A DNA stretch of 64,000 bases. It comes from a virus. The stretch is from IMG/VR virus record IMGVR_UViG_3300034760_000060, positions 6,541-70,540 of that record. One strand, 5' to 3'. Positions 55,599 to 63,754 of this stretch are shown here, in pieces (positions within the stretch are counted from its first letter, which is position 1; each line of letters opens with the position of its first letter). Position numbers and translations under genes: made by a program. The notes beneath the pieces were generated by a model. That model was not told where the DNA came from and ran no database searches. It saw nothing but the letters and a program-made list of their open reading frames with translations.

Positions 55599-56581
55599 CA
55601 ATAACGCAGGTTATCACCCCACTGCCAGTGGCGCCAAATCCGGCCACGGACCCGCCGGCAGTGTTCAGCGAGAAGGCAGCGGCTTTCGTCGCGCAGCAGC
55701 AGTTGATGGTGCCGGAGATTAACACTTGGCGCATCCAGGCGAACGCGCTGGAAACCAACGTCAACGCGAAGGAAGGATCAGCCAGTGGCTACGCAACTGC
55801 CGCGCAAGGCTTCCGAGACACAGCCAATTTTGCAGCTGATGCGGCGGTCGGTTATCGGGATCAAACGCAGGGATGGGCGGTAGCAGCTGCAGCAAGCGCC
55901 ACCACCATCGGCACCACGGCGGCCTTCTCGGATGCAAATCCGATGGTAAAAAACGCCACGGTCAATACGAAGCAAGGGCGGTTCAAAGCAACGTTAATCA
56001 CTGCTGCGACTATTCGTGATTACCTGTTGCCTGATAAAGATGGAACTATGGCCCTGACGAGCGATATGGGCTCAGCACTTGTTGCCGGGCCGCTCGCGAC
56101 AACTGCCGTACCGTACGTTGACTTCCTCACGTTATTCAGTGCTGGTGCGGGTAACTTCGATAATTACGACATCATTCTTAATCGTATTCAGCCTGTGTTT
56201 GCAGCGAATAGCGATTCACTGTGCTTGCGCGTCGCAAATGCCGGCACCGTAGACACTGGCAATTTCTATGCTGGGGGCGCTGTCGGTGCCGGGTTCGGCT
56301 CGCTTGTTGGCACAATCACAGGCCCGAGTATCAGGGGCCAAGACGTCCAGGCCGGGAATATCGAAATTCAAATCCGCAATGCGAACTCGGTTACTGGTTC
56401 GAAAACAGTCTTCATTCGGGCGATTGGCAACACGTCGCCGGCAGTCAGTTACCAGATTCAGCAGTTTTGGGGCCTGTACACCGGCGCCAATGCGATATCT
56501 GGCTTCCGACTGTATTGGGCCACCGGAGCTAACTTTGCCGCAGGTGGCTCCGTTCGTGTCTACGGTTGGAAAAGCGCATAA
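55595..56581 (+). CDS. Tail fibre / receptor-binding-like protein
   Basis: Helical N-terminus, beta-rich lower-GC C-terminus ending VRVYG. Confidence 0.7.
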   Translation: MTITQVITPLPVAPNPATDPPAVFSEKAAAFVAQQQLMVPEINTWRIQANALETNVNAKEGSASGYATAAQGFRDTANFAADAAVGYRDQTQGWAVAAAASATTIGTTAAFSDANPMVKNATVNTKQGRFKATLITAATIRDYLLPDKDGTMALTSDMGSALVAGPLATTAVPYVDFLTLFSAGAGNFDNYDIILNRIQPVFAANSDSLCLRVANAGTVDTGNFYAGGAVGAGFGSLVGTITGPSIRGQDVQAGNIEIQIRNANSVTGSKTVFIRAIGNTSPAVSYQIQQFWGLYTGANAISGFRLYWATGANFAAGGSVRVYGWKSA

Positions 56582-56588
56582 GGAAAAT

Positions 56589-56951
56589 ATGGAACCCTTG
56601 AAAATAGATTATTGGGATGTGGCTGAAGGCGTCCAAAAACAGCGGGATATGACCAGCGATGAAGTGACGCAACGGGAGTTCGATATCGCAGCCGCTGCCG
56701 TGCCGGTGGTGCCGGCATCTGTGCCGATGCTGAACGCGCGCCTGGCCTTGATCGCCGCCGGCCACATGGCTGCAGTGAAGGTCTTCGTCGACGCGATGCC
56801 AGGCGTTGACGGCGAGCAGGCGCGCGCGTACCTCGAATACGCGCAGAACGTGCGGCGCGACCACTGGCTGGTCGAGGGCATTCGCCAGGTGCTGGGGCTG
56901 GGCCCGGCTGACATCGACGAACTGTTCATCACCGCCGCAGCGATCGACTGA
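56589..56951 (+). CDS. Tail fibre-associated protein
   Basis: PASVPMLNARLAL...LGLGPADIDELF. Confidence 0.7.
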   Translation: MEPLKIDYWDVAEGVQKQRDMTSDEVTQREFDIAAAAVPVVPASVPMLNARLALIAAGHMAAVKVFVDAMPGVDGEQARAYLEYAQNVRRDHWLVEGIRQVLGLGPADIDELFITAAAID

Positions 56952-56969
56952 TCACGCGCAACATCCTCT

Positions 56970-56994
56970 AAGCCGCCTTCGGGCGGTTTTTTTA
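56970..56994 (+). terminator. Intrinsic terminator
   Basis: CCGCC-TTCG-GGCGG-TTTTTT. Confidence 0.75.
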
Positions 56995-57014
56995 TTGGCC
57001 GGCCAGAGACCCTA

Positions 57015-57296
57015 ATGACACAAGCATCCACCGAAGTACAGATCGCCCTGCTCATCCATGGGCAAGCGCTCTTGCAGCGCGAAATTGAAGAGAACAAGCG
57101 CGAGGCCGAGGTCGACCTCAAGCGCGTACAGGAGAAGGCTGACGCCGGCGAGCGCGCCAATGCCGCCCGCATCGCTGCAATTGAAGCCGAGCGAACAAAG
57201 GCTCTGATTTGGGGCATATCGACGCTGGGCGCGGCCGTGCTTCTGATGGGGAGTTGGATTCTTACGAAACTGTTTACAGGAGGCATCAAATGGTAA
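57015..57296 (+). CDS. Coiled-coil plus C-terminal TM protein (holin/antiholin-like)
   Basis: First gene of the lysis cassette, single TM. Confidence 0.6.
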   Translation: MTQASTEVQIALLIHGQALLQREIEENKREAEVDLKRVQEKADAGERANAARIAAIEAERTKALIWGISTLGAAVLLMGSWILTKLFTGGIKW

Positions 57297-57604
57297 AGGG
57301 CAAATTGGATACTGCGTTTTATTGGATGCTGCGCTTCGCCGTGATGGTCGCGGCCGGCGTGGTCGTGGTGGCCATCGTCTACCCGAGTCCGATCCTGCGC
57401 GGCGCGCCGGGGCCGGCCGGCGCGGTGGGCGCTACTGGCGCAACCGGCGCCGACGGCGTAGGCGAGAAGGGCGACCCCGGGCGGCGCGGCCCGGCTGGTG
57501 CCGACGGCGATACAGGAAAAACCGGAGGCACTGGCGCCAAAGGAAAGCAGGGCGATACCGGCGCAACTGGCGCCAAGGGCGGCGGATTCTGGAGTGGAAA
57601 ATGA
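57290..57604 (+). CDS. Membrane-anchored collagen-like (Gly-X-Y) protein
   Basis: TM FAVMVAAGVVVVAIVY then about 20 Gly-X-Y triplets; coupled to both neighbours; GGAGG RBS. Confidence 0.85.
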   Translation: MVKGKLDTAFYWMLRFAVMVAAGVVVVAIVYPSPILRGAPGPAGAVGATGATGADGVGEKGDPGRRGPAGADGDTGKTGGTGAKGKQGDTGATGAKGGGFWSGK

Positions 57605-58122
57605 GCGTGACACTGGAACAACTCAAGAAGATCATGCCGCGCGCGGGCAAGCGGGCGGACGTGTTCTGCGCACCGCTCAATGCGGCGATGGCAGAATTCG
57701 GCATCAGCAGCCCGGCCCGGCGCGCATCGTTTCTTTCGCAGATCGGACACGAGTCTGGCCAGTTGCTCTACGTGCGCGAGATCGCCAGCGGCGAAGCCTA
57801 CGAGGGTCGCCGCGACCTGGGCAATACCAACCCCGGCGACGGGCGGCGGTACCGGGGGCGCGGCTTGGTCCAGATTACGGGCCGGGCCAACTACAGCGCG
57901 TGCGGGCTGGCGCTCCGGCTGGATCTGCTGGCCAGTCCAGAATTGCTCGAGCAGCCGGTCAACGCCTGCAGGTCCGCTGCCTGGTTCTGGAAGTCGCACG
58001 GCCTGAACGAGCTGGCCGACGCTGGCGACCAGGTCAAGGTAACGAAGAGGATCAACGGCGGCACGAACGGACTCGCGGACCGGCTGGCCCTGTTTGCAGT
58101 CGCTGCACAGGTGCTCGCATGA
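57601..58122 (+). CDS. Endolysin, glycoside hydrolase family 19
   Basis: FLSQIGHESG...E...YRGRGLVQITGRANY...RINGGTNG. Confidence 0.92.
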   Translation: MSVTLEQLKKIMPRAGKRADVFCAPLNAAMAEFGISSPARRASFLSQIGHESGQLLYVREIASGEAYEGRRDLGNTNPGDGRRYRGRGLVQITGRANYSACGLALRLDLLASPELLEQPVNACRSAAWFWKSHGLNELADAGDQVKVTKRINGGTNGLADRLALFAVAAQVLA

Positions 58123-58475
58123 TGATCGATTGGATGCTGGTCATCCTGGCCGCCGCGGCTGCGCTGATCGCGCTGTCGATCTGGCGCGCGCACCGGGCAT
58201 CAGGCATTTCGTTCAACGCCTTCGACTTGATCATGGAGGACGGGAAGGTCAGTAAGATCGCGCTGGCCTTCATGCTCGTCCTGGCCGTGACAACGTGGAT
58301 CGTGGTCGACCTGACCATCAAGGGCAAGCTTACTGAAGGCTATTTCACAATGTACGGCTCAATGTGGGTAATCCCGCTGGTGGCCAAGGTCGTCTTCAAC
58401 AAATCCGAGGCGCCGACGTCGGCCGGAACAACGACCATTACCAAAATCGAATCTGTGGAGAAAACGACGCCATGA
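58119..58475 (+). CDS. Holin-like multi-TM protein
   Basis: Three hydrophobic segments and a polar tail. Confidence 0.65.
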   Translation: MMIDWMLVILAAAAALIALSIWRAHRASGISFNAFDLIMEDGKVSKIALAFMLVLAVTTWIVVDLTIKGKLTEGYFTMYGSMWVIPLVAKVVFNKSEAPTSAGTTTITKIESVEKTTP

Positions 58476-58867
58476 GCGCATTTAACACTATTGCCGCCGG
58501 CGTCACCGGTGGCATCTGGAAGATCATCGCCGTGGTGCTGCTGGCGGCCCTGCTGGTGGTGGGCGCCTGGGCCGGTGGCGGCTGGTTCCTGGCGGCGCGC
58601 GACCGTGACGCCGTCCGGGCCGACCTGGTCGCCGAGCGCAGCGCGAACGCCGAACTGCGCGCCGGCATCGCGTTGCAGAACAGCGTGGTGGAAGCAGCCG
58701 GCGCCGCCAAGCTGGTTGCCGAGGCGCGCGGCCAGGACGCCCAGCAGGTGGCCGCCGCCGCCGGCCGGCGCTTCGACGCTGCGCTGGCCAAGGTCGCCGG
58801 CGCGCGCGCGACCACCTGCGACGAGGCCATGCCGACCGTGAACCTGATCCTGGAGGCTACCCGATGA
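58472..58867 (+). CDS. Inner-membrane spanin (Rz-like)
   Basis: N-terminal TM followed by an Ala-rich coiled coil. Confidence 0.75.
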   Translation: MSAFNTIAAGVTGGIWKIIAVVLLAALLVVGAWAGGGWFLAARDRDAVRADLVAERSANAELRAGIALQNSVVEAAGAAKLVAEARGQDAQQVAAAAGRRFDAALAKVAGARATTCDEAMPTVNLILEATR

Positions 58868-59229
58868 AACTTTCGAAATTTCGAAATTTCGATTTTTCGC
58901 AATTTTTTCGCCGATTCCTGCGCTGGCCTGCTGGCGGCGGTGAAAACGCTCAGAACCCGCATGGATGCTCACTCTTGCCCGGCCTGCTACTGGCCATCTT
59001 CATGCTATTGACGCCCGGTTGCACGAGCTCGCCACCACTTGTGCAAGAGGTCAAGATTCCGGTGTACCGCTCCTGCGTGACGGAGGTTCCGGCCAGGCCG
59101 ACGTTCGGCACGCGCACCCTGGCGCCGGATGCCAGCAACGGCGAGAAGATCCTGGCCCTGGCGCGCGACCTGCCCGTGCACCTCAAGTACGAGGCGCAGC
59201 TCGAAGCCGTGATCGCGGGGTGCTTATGA
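58864..59229 (+). CDS. Outer-membrane spanin lipoprotein (Rz1-like)
   Basis: Lipobox LLTPGC, Pro-rich, ends IAGCL. Confidence 0.75.
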   Translation: MKLSKFRNFDFSQFFRRFLRWPAGGGENAQNPHGCSLLPGLLLAIFMLLTPGCTSSPPLVQEVKIPVYRSCVTEVPARPTFGTRTLAPDASNGEKILALARDLPVHLKYEAQLEAVIAGCL

Positions 59230-59567
59230 CCCGATATGGGAATTCACATATCGGGACCGACGACCTCCCGCAACCCCATCAAAATGAACAACTGCAAAAA
59301 TTGCAGCAGTTGCCAACGCCGACAGATGAGCATGACCCACTCGGCACGCTGCTGTTCGAAATGACCGTGGTGGACGACAGCACCTCGCCGCTGCAACTGG
59401 TGAGCGCCGAGCTGCTGGCGTATTACCGGCGCTGCGAGGCCGAGCTGATCGCGCTCAAGGCTGCGCCCGCGGTCGCAGAACGTGCTCACGGCACCACGCT
59501 CATGTGCGCAAAGCGGAGGGCCGGCCAAGATGATCCAGGCAGCAGAGGATGGCTGGCAGTTAGCTAG
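59226..59567 (+). CDS. Hypothetical protein
   Basis: Coupled to the spanin stop; 113 aa. Confidence 0.5.
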   Translation: MTRYGNSHIGTDDLPQPHQNEQLQKLQQLPTPTDEHDPLGTLLFEMTVVDDSTSPLQLVSAELLAYYRRCEAELIALKAAPAVAERAHGTTLMCAKRRAGQDDPGSRGWLAVS

Positions 59568-59977
59568 CCAGTATTCTTGAACGTTTCAAGCCGCGCTCGT
59601 AAGACTGGCCAGGAGCTTCGAATAAATTCAGTGCCGAGTTCGAGGCTCGATTCATTTAATAGGTTATCGATGGCGTCTATATACCGGTTAGTGCGCTCCG
59701 ACATCGATACGCCGATCAAGTCTTGAGCTAGTGATGCCTTGACCTCCGCGCTGGAAATAGGCGGGGGCGTCGGAACGTCTTTAAGAATATTCGGATGCCA
59801 TAGTTTCAACACTGTCAGAACCGATTCGCCCAGGGTAAGCGCTGCGTTGTCTTCGCCTTTTGCTAGAAATTGATCAAGCGAGAAATCGAAAATAAAAGTC
59901 TCACGATCATCCTTCACGTGAGCAACTGAAATGTCAGATTTTTCATTTATATAAATCTCGATGCGAGGAAGTCTCAT
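59564..59977 (-). CDS. Hypothetical moron protein
   Basis: 137 aa, low GC, downstream of the secreted-protein gene on the same strand. Confidence 0.75.
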   Translation of the reverse strand: MRLPRIEIYINEKSDISVAHVKDDRETFIFDFSLDQFLAKGEDNAALTLGESVLTVLKLWHPNILKDVPTPPPISSAEVKASLAQDLIGVSMSERTNRYIDAIDNLLNESSLELGTEFIRSSWPVLRARLETFKNTG

Positions 59978-60034
59978 TTTTAGTCCTTAAAACAGGCAAA
60001 CTGTAGGACAGCTTGCCTGGCGTTCTAATGATGC

Positions 60035-61048
60035 TTATGGAAGCTCGGCAGCGCGAAGGCAATCCGCGTGGTATTGCGCTGCTCTTTCTCTACACGCCCT
60101 GAATGAGCGTTGATCCATTGCTCGCGAGTACGCTTTGCACTCGTCCATATCCCGGTCTAATTTCCGATCGCACCCTTGCTTTCGTTCCTCGACGGTTTCG
60201 GGCGGAGGGAGCGGAACGTCTCCAGGGACGGCGCAGAAAAACCCCGTCATACCGCAGATCGTCGGAGTAGCCGGACCCATTGGCGACAAACCGCCATCGT
60301 TTGGGGATGCGCCCGGATTCGGCCAGCGCTCGGTAATGGTGCAGACAACAATCGGGCCTACCGTGCAGCTATATCTGGATTCATAACTTCCATCATTACC
60401 TCCAGGCGTCCAATCCCAACCGCCGCCGCCACCGTCGTTGCTACCACAGTCGTTTTTCTGAGGCAGACGGTCATCAAAGTCGCAGCCCCATGAATAGTGC
60501 GTTGGCGGACGATTCATCTTAGCTTTCAGCGCCGCCGTCGCCGCGCTTACTGCCGATGAAAACTGGGCTACGTCACGATGAAGTTCGTCGGAATTTTTCG
60601 ATTTTGCGTCGTCGGAGCCAACAAACTGGAGGACGTCTATTCGCCCCGCGAGAACCTTGGCGCTTATAGAGACCCCGACTGGGAAGCGGGCCTTAACTGG
60701 CTCGCAAACCACCGATGTCTGGCCTTCGCGCGAGGCGCAAATTGTTGACCCCTTTTGCGATTGAACCAAAAAACTACTGCGCCCCGGAATAAAGTTCGCT
60801 TGAATTACACCGCTAACCTCGCCTAGCGCTTCTGGAAGTAGCGCTGTTTGGCACGTTACACCGGATCGAGAGCCTTCGTCACAGATCAATATCTCTCGCC
60901 CGGCGCTCCACGCGATCTGTTTGGCCGGCTTAAACGCCTTGATCTCGGGCTGCGTCTTCCCAGTAGCGAGTTCCGCAGCATTGGAAAATATCGGCATAAA
61001 ATTCATGCCGGCGAAAATTAATGGAATAACTGAAAGATGTAAGCGCAT
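60035..61048 (-). CDS. Exported Cys-rich protein (moron)
   Basis: Signal-like N-terminus, Gly-rich linker, C-terminal helical four-Cys domain. Confidence 0.8.
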   Translation of the reverse strand: MRLHLSVIPLIFAGMNFMPIFSNAAELATGKTQPEIKAFKPAKQIAWSAGREILICDEGSRSGVTCQTALLPEALGEVSGVIQANFIPGRSSFLVQSQKGSTICASREGQTSVVCEPVKARFPVGVSISAKVLAGRIDVLQFVGSDDAKSKNSDELHRDVAQFSSAVSAATAALKAKMNRPPTHYSWGCDFDDRLPQKNDCGSNDGGGGGWDWTPGGNDGSYESRYSCTVGPIVVCTITERWPNPGASPNDGGLSPMGPATPTICGMTGFFCAVPGDVPLPPPETVEERKQGCDRKLDRDMDECKAYSRAMDQRSFRACRERAAQYHADCLRAAELP

Positions 61049-61445
61049 GTTTGTACCCAGAATTGAATTTATTAAACTGCTGCGATTGATTTGCGCAGCG
61101 CCTATCAATGGAATATTGACAGGTAAAGTTTATATGACCCGTCGAGTGAAGGTTTATCAAAAGTCAATCGCACTCACCTACTAAAAACTTTCAGCAATTA
61201 GATTTCAATGAGGAAGCTTTCCGAGTTAACATGCGCGAGTATATATTGCTTTCTTTGTTTGGCGTGAAGCGAGTATGCGCTAGCAAGCACATCAAATAGA
61301 ATTTGCTTACCCTAGCTATTACAAAGATTTACTCGGCTGGGATTACAGTTAGACGGGGGTTCCGCTGGGGAGTTCCCTGGCGTTCGGGCGGGGCCGTGTC
61401 GCGGTCGATTTCACGTAGGCCTGAAAGCGTCGAGGATGCGATATA

Positions 61446-61461
61446 CTGTACGCATGTACAG
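61446..61461. promoter_or_regulatory. LexA (SOS) box
   Basis: taCTGT-ACGCATGT-ACAGta, overlapping the ATG at 61454. Confidence 0.85.
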
Positions 61462-61804
61462 TATCGTGAAAAGATTGAGAGTCCGGGGAGCGCGCCGGCC
61501 AGACCGAGACATCTTCGCCGACCCTGGCGCGGCAGGGCAGCTGACGATGTGCCGGGTTGAGGGATGGACCGAGCTGAAGCTGTATGCATCGGGGACTGAT
61601 GCGCGTCCGGAGCCGTTGATACCGGTGCTTATTGACCCGGTTCTAGTCGTGATGCACGGGAGCAAGATGCTGTTTCGAGGGATGGAGCGTCAGGGCGCCC
61701 AAGGCGATCCGAACTCAGCGACGATATTGCAAGAGTGGTCAGTCCAGATCGTGACCGAACCGCAGCCGGGGGTGGCGCAGCAGTCTCATCGGCCGCCGTC
61801 ATAA
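61454..61804 (+). CDS. Putative SOS-inducible small protein
   Basis: MYSIVKRLR...LFRGMER...LQEWSVQI; start codon inside the LexA box. Confidence 0.75.
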   Translation: MYSIVKRLRVRGARRPDRDIFADPGAAGQLTMCRVEGWTELKLYASGTDARPEPLIPVLIDPVLVVMHGSKMLFRGMERQGAQGDPNSATILQEWSVQIVTEPQPGVAQQSHRPPS

Positions 61805-61971
61805 TGCTGCCGTCGCTCATACTGTCCAGCTAGCGCGGCTTTGGCCAACTCGTCGGGCACGTGCTGCCGGCGCAACAGCGTCAGCCCAGCGCCTTCGTCA
61901 AATGCTCGCTTCATGCGCAGCGCCTCACGGATGAGGTCGGCGGTCTTCTGGTCCTGGCGTCGATCGGTCAT
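61786..61971 (-). CDS. Small hypothetical protein
   Basis: GGAGG RBS, 61 aa. Confidence 0.6.
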   Translation of the reverse strand: MTDRRQDQKTADLIREALRMKRAFDEGAGLTLLRRQHVPDELAKAALAGQYERRQHYDGGR

Positions 61972-62165
61972 GGCAGATCCTCCTGCCGCGACTGTAGTGC
62001 GAGCGTGGTGAAGTAGTGTTGAGGCGCATCAGGTACGCGCGGGCGCGTCAGAATTGTGGCGCGGAATATTGCCGCAAACTAGGCTCGCTTCCACAGAATT
62101 AAACTTTCGCTTGCTTCTGCGCATCCCGCCAAGCCTTGTACTCTGGCTTGCGGTAGAGCGATTCC

Positions 62166-62849
62166 TCACGAACTCCGGCTTGCTTCGCAGCTTCCCGACC
62201 GGATATCCCTGTCGTCACAAGACGTAACGCTTCCCGCATTTCCGCTGATATTTTGGCCGTCATTATATTGCTCTCTAGTCATTCGATCACCTATTCGCCA
62301 CCCCATCCAGCTACTGGTCCGTGGCTCTCCATCCCGGCCAATTTCGAATAAGCTGTACAGTCCCTTGACTGCCCTGCACAGGCCGTCCTTCCATTGCAAG
62401 TGACGTGGATGGAAAAGGTGGGAGTTGTCGCGAACAAGGTTGCATAAATTAATACCTTCAAGTACCACCATATTTGGGCCGATTAAATACCAATATTTCG
62501 CAGCCCAATTATCAATATCTTTCGAGCATCGCCCCGGTGGGTTGGGCTTGCCTCTGCGGCTATCGGCCAATTTTTTATACATCTCGGGAGGGGGTGCCTT
62601 TCTTGTGCCACTTGCCCATTTTCTTTTCAAAGAGTCAGCGCCTCGCTTGATTTTCTCGGGGTCTCTATTGATGCACCCGCAGCTCTTGATTTTGCCTCGC
62701 CTCATGCCGGATAGATAAAATGCTTTTTCAACTCCGCAATCACACAAACACAAAGCCATTGTTCCGCCAATTTCATTGCGCGGAGCACTTCCTATGACGA
62801 GAAGGTTTCCGTAACGCTCGCCGGCCACGGCTTCAAGTTTTTTGGACAT
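62166..62849 (-). CDS. Endonuclease-related protein with a CxCxCG...SCGC zinc-binding N-terminus
   Basis: GERYGNLLVI...CLCDCG...KSCGC; low GC; GGAGG RBS; no clear HNH core. Confidence 0.7.
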   Translation of the reverse strand: MSKKLEAVAGERYGNLLVIGSAPRNEIGGTMALCLCDCGVEKAFYLSGMRRGKIKSCGCINRDPEKIKRGADSLKRKWASGTRKAPPPEMYKKLADSRRGKPNPPGRCSKDIDNWAAKYWYLIGPNMVVLEGINLCNLVRDNSHLFHPRHLQWKDGLCRAVKGLYSLFEIGRDGEPRTSSWMGWRIGDRMTREQYNDGQNISGNAGSVTSCDDRDIRSGSCEASRSS

Positions 62850-63093
62850 ACAGCCTCCGTTATGATTAACCTTATAATATGACATTAAGTCATGCGATGC
62901 AAGCTATCTTTGTGATGGATGGCGGCGCAAGTCTTTCGCGAAGCCGCACAAAAGCCGCGCTACCGTCCTGCGGGATCATGCTGGCAAGTGGTCGGGGAAA
63001 TTCCCGGGGAATTTGCGCCAGATTGTAGGGTTGCGTAGGGGCACTATCACTATGATGCTCCACCCCTCTACCACCCTGAAACCCCATCGTTAC

Positions 63094-63137
63094 AGGTTCA
63101 TAGCCTATCCGGGGTTCGAATCCCCGTCTCTCCGCCA
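63094..63137 (+). repeat. attR core: displaced 3' half of a tRNA-Ser gene
   Basis: Variable arm AGG-TTCATAG-CCT, T arm CGGGG-TTCGAAT-CCCCG, TCTCTCC-G-CCA; no 5' half upstream. Confidence 0.85.
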
Positions 63138-63192
63138 GGAACACAAAAGAAAGCCACCCTCGGGTGGCTTTTTTGTTTCCTGGCGGAGAGAA
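63128..63192 (+). terminator. Long inverted repeat and terminator built on the tRNA 3' end
   Basis: CTCTCCGCCAGGAA...AAAGCCACC-CTCG-GGTGGCTTT...TTCCTGGCGGAGAG. Confidence 0.75.
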
Positions 63193-63523
63193 GAAGATCC
63201 CCTGCGGGATCTTCGGCGGGGATTCGAAGGGCTGGGCGTACTCGCCCGGCCCTCTCCGAATCGTCCAACTGCCACCGCTACGCGGTGGCGCGCCGGAGGC
63301 GCCGCGCGTAGCGCACGCAAAATTCCCATAAACACTATTCTTTCAATCAATTTGCCTACTCGGAAGTGAGCCACCGCCCAAGCGGCGCACACGGCCGCCA
63401 TCGGCAAGGCCCAAGCGAAGGTTCTAGTTCAAAACGAGATTAAAGTATCGCGACCGCATCAACAAGGTTTCTCTGAAAAGGGCCGAGCACAACAAAATGA
63501 TGCAGGCTGCTAGATCGCCATGG

Positions 63524-63754
63524 TCACGGCGTCACAGACCAGCTTGGCTGGGGATGCTCGGCGCTATCGCCCAGGTCCACTACGACGGCCAGGTACAGCC
63601 ATCCGGTACCGGTCCGGATGTACGTGATGTCTGAAACATATGCCATGTTTGGTGCCACCGGATTGAACTGCCGGTTGAGCACGTTGGCGGCGACAGGCAA
63701 GTCGTGCTTGCTGTCCGGCGTGTGGATGAAATTAGCTGTGGCACGATGACGCAA
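63524..63754 (-). pseudogene. IS3-family transposase fragment
   Basis: VAANVLNRQF...PNMAYVSDITYIRTGTGWLYLAVVVDL (integrase core start), truncated. Confidence 0.85.

Larger units (their letters stand above)
1..63137. mobile_element. Lambdoid temperate prophage (siphovirus-like); left end and integrase outside the window
   Basis: Lambda-like module order: recombination, CI/Cro, replication, Q, terminase, portal, capsid, tail tube, tape measure, lysis. Ends at a tRNA-Ser 3' fragment. Confidence 0.95.

Noticed and set aside
62890-63144. ORF MFLAERRGFEPRIGYEP on the minus strand
   Set aside because: It is the reverse-complement translation of the tRNA-Ser 3' fragment, a common false ORF
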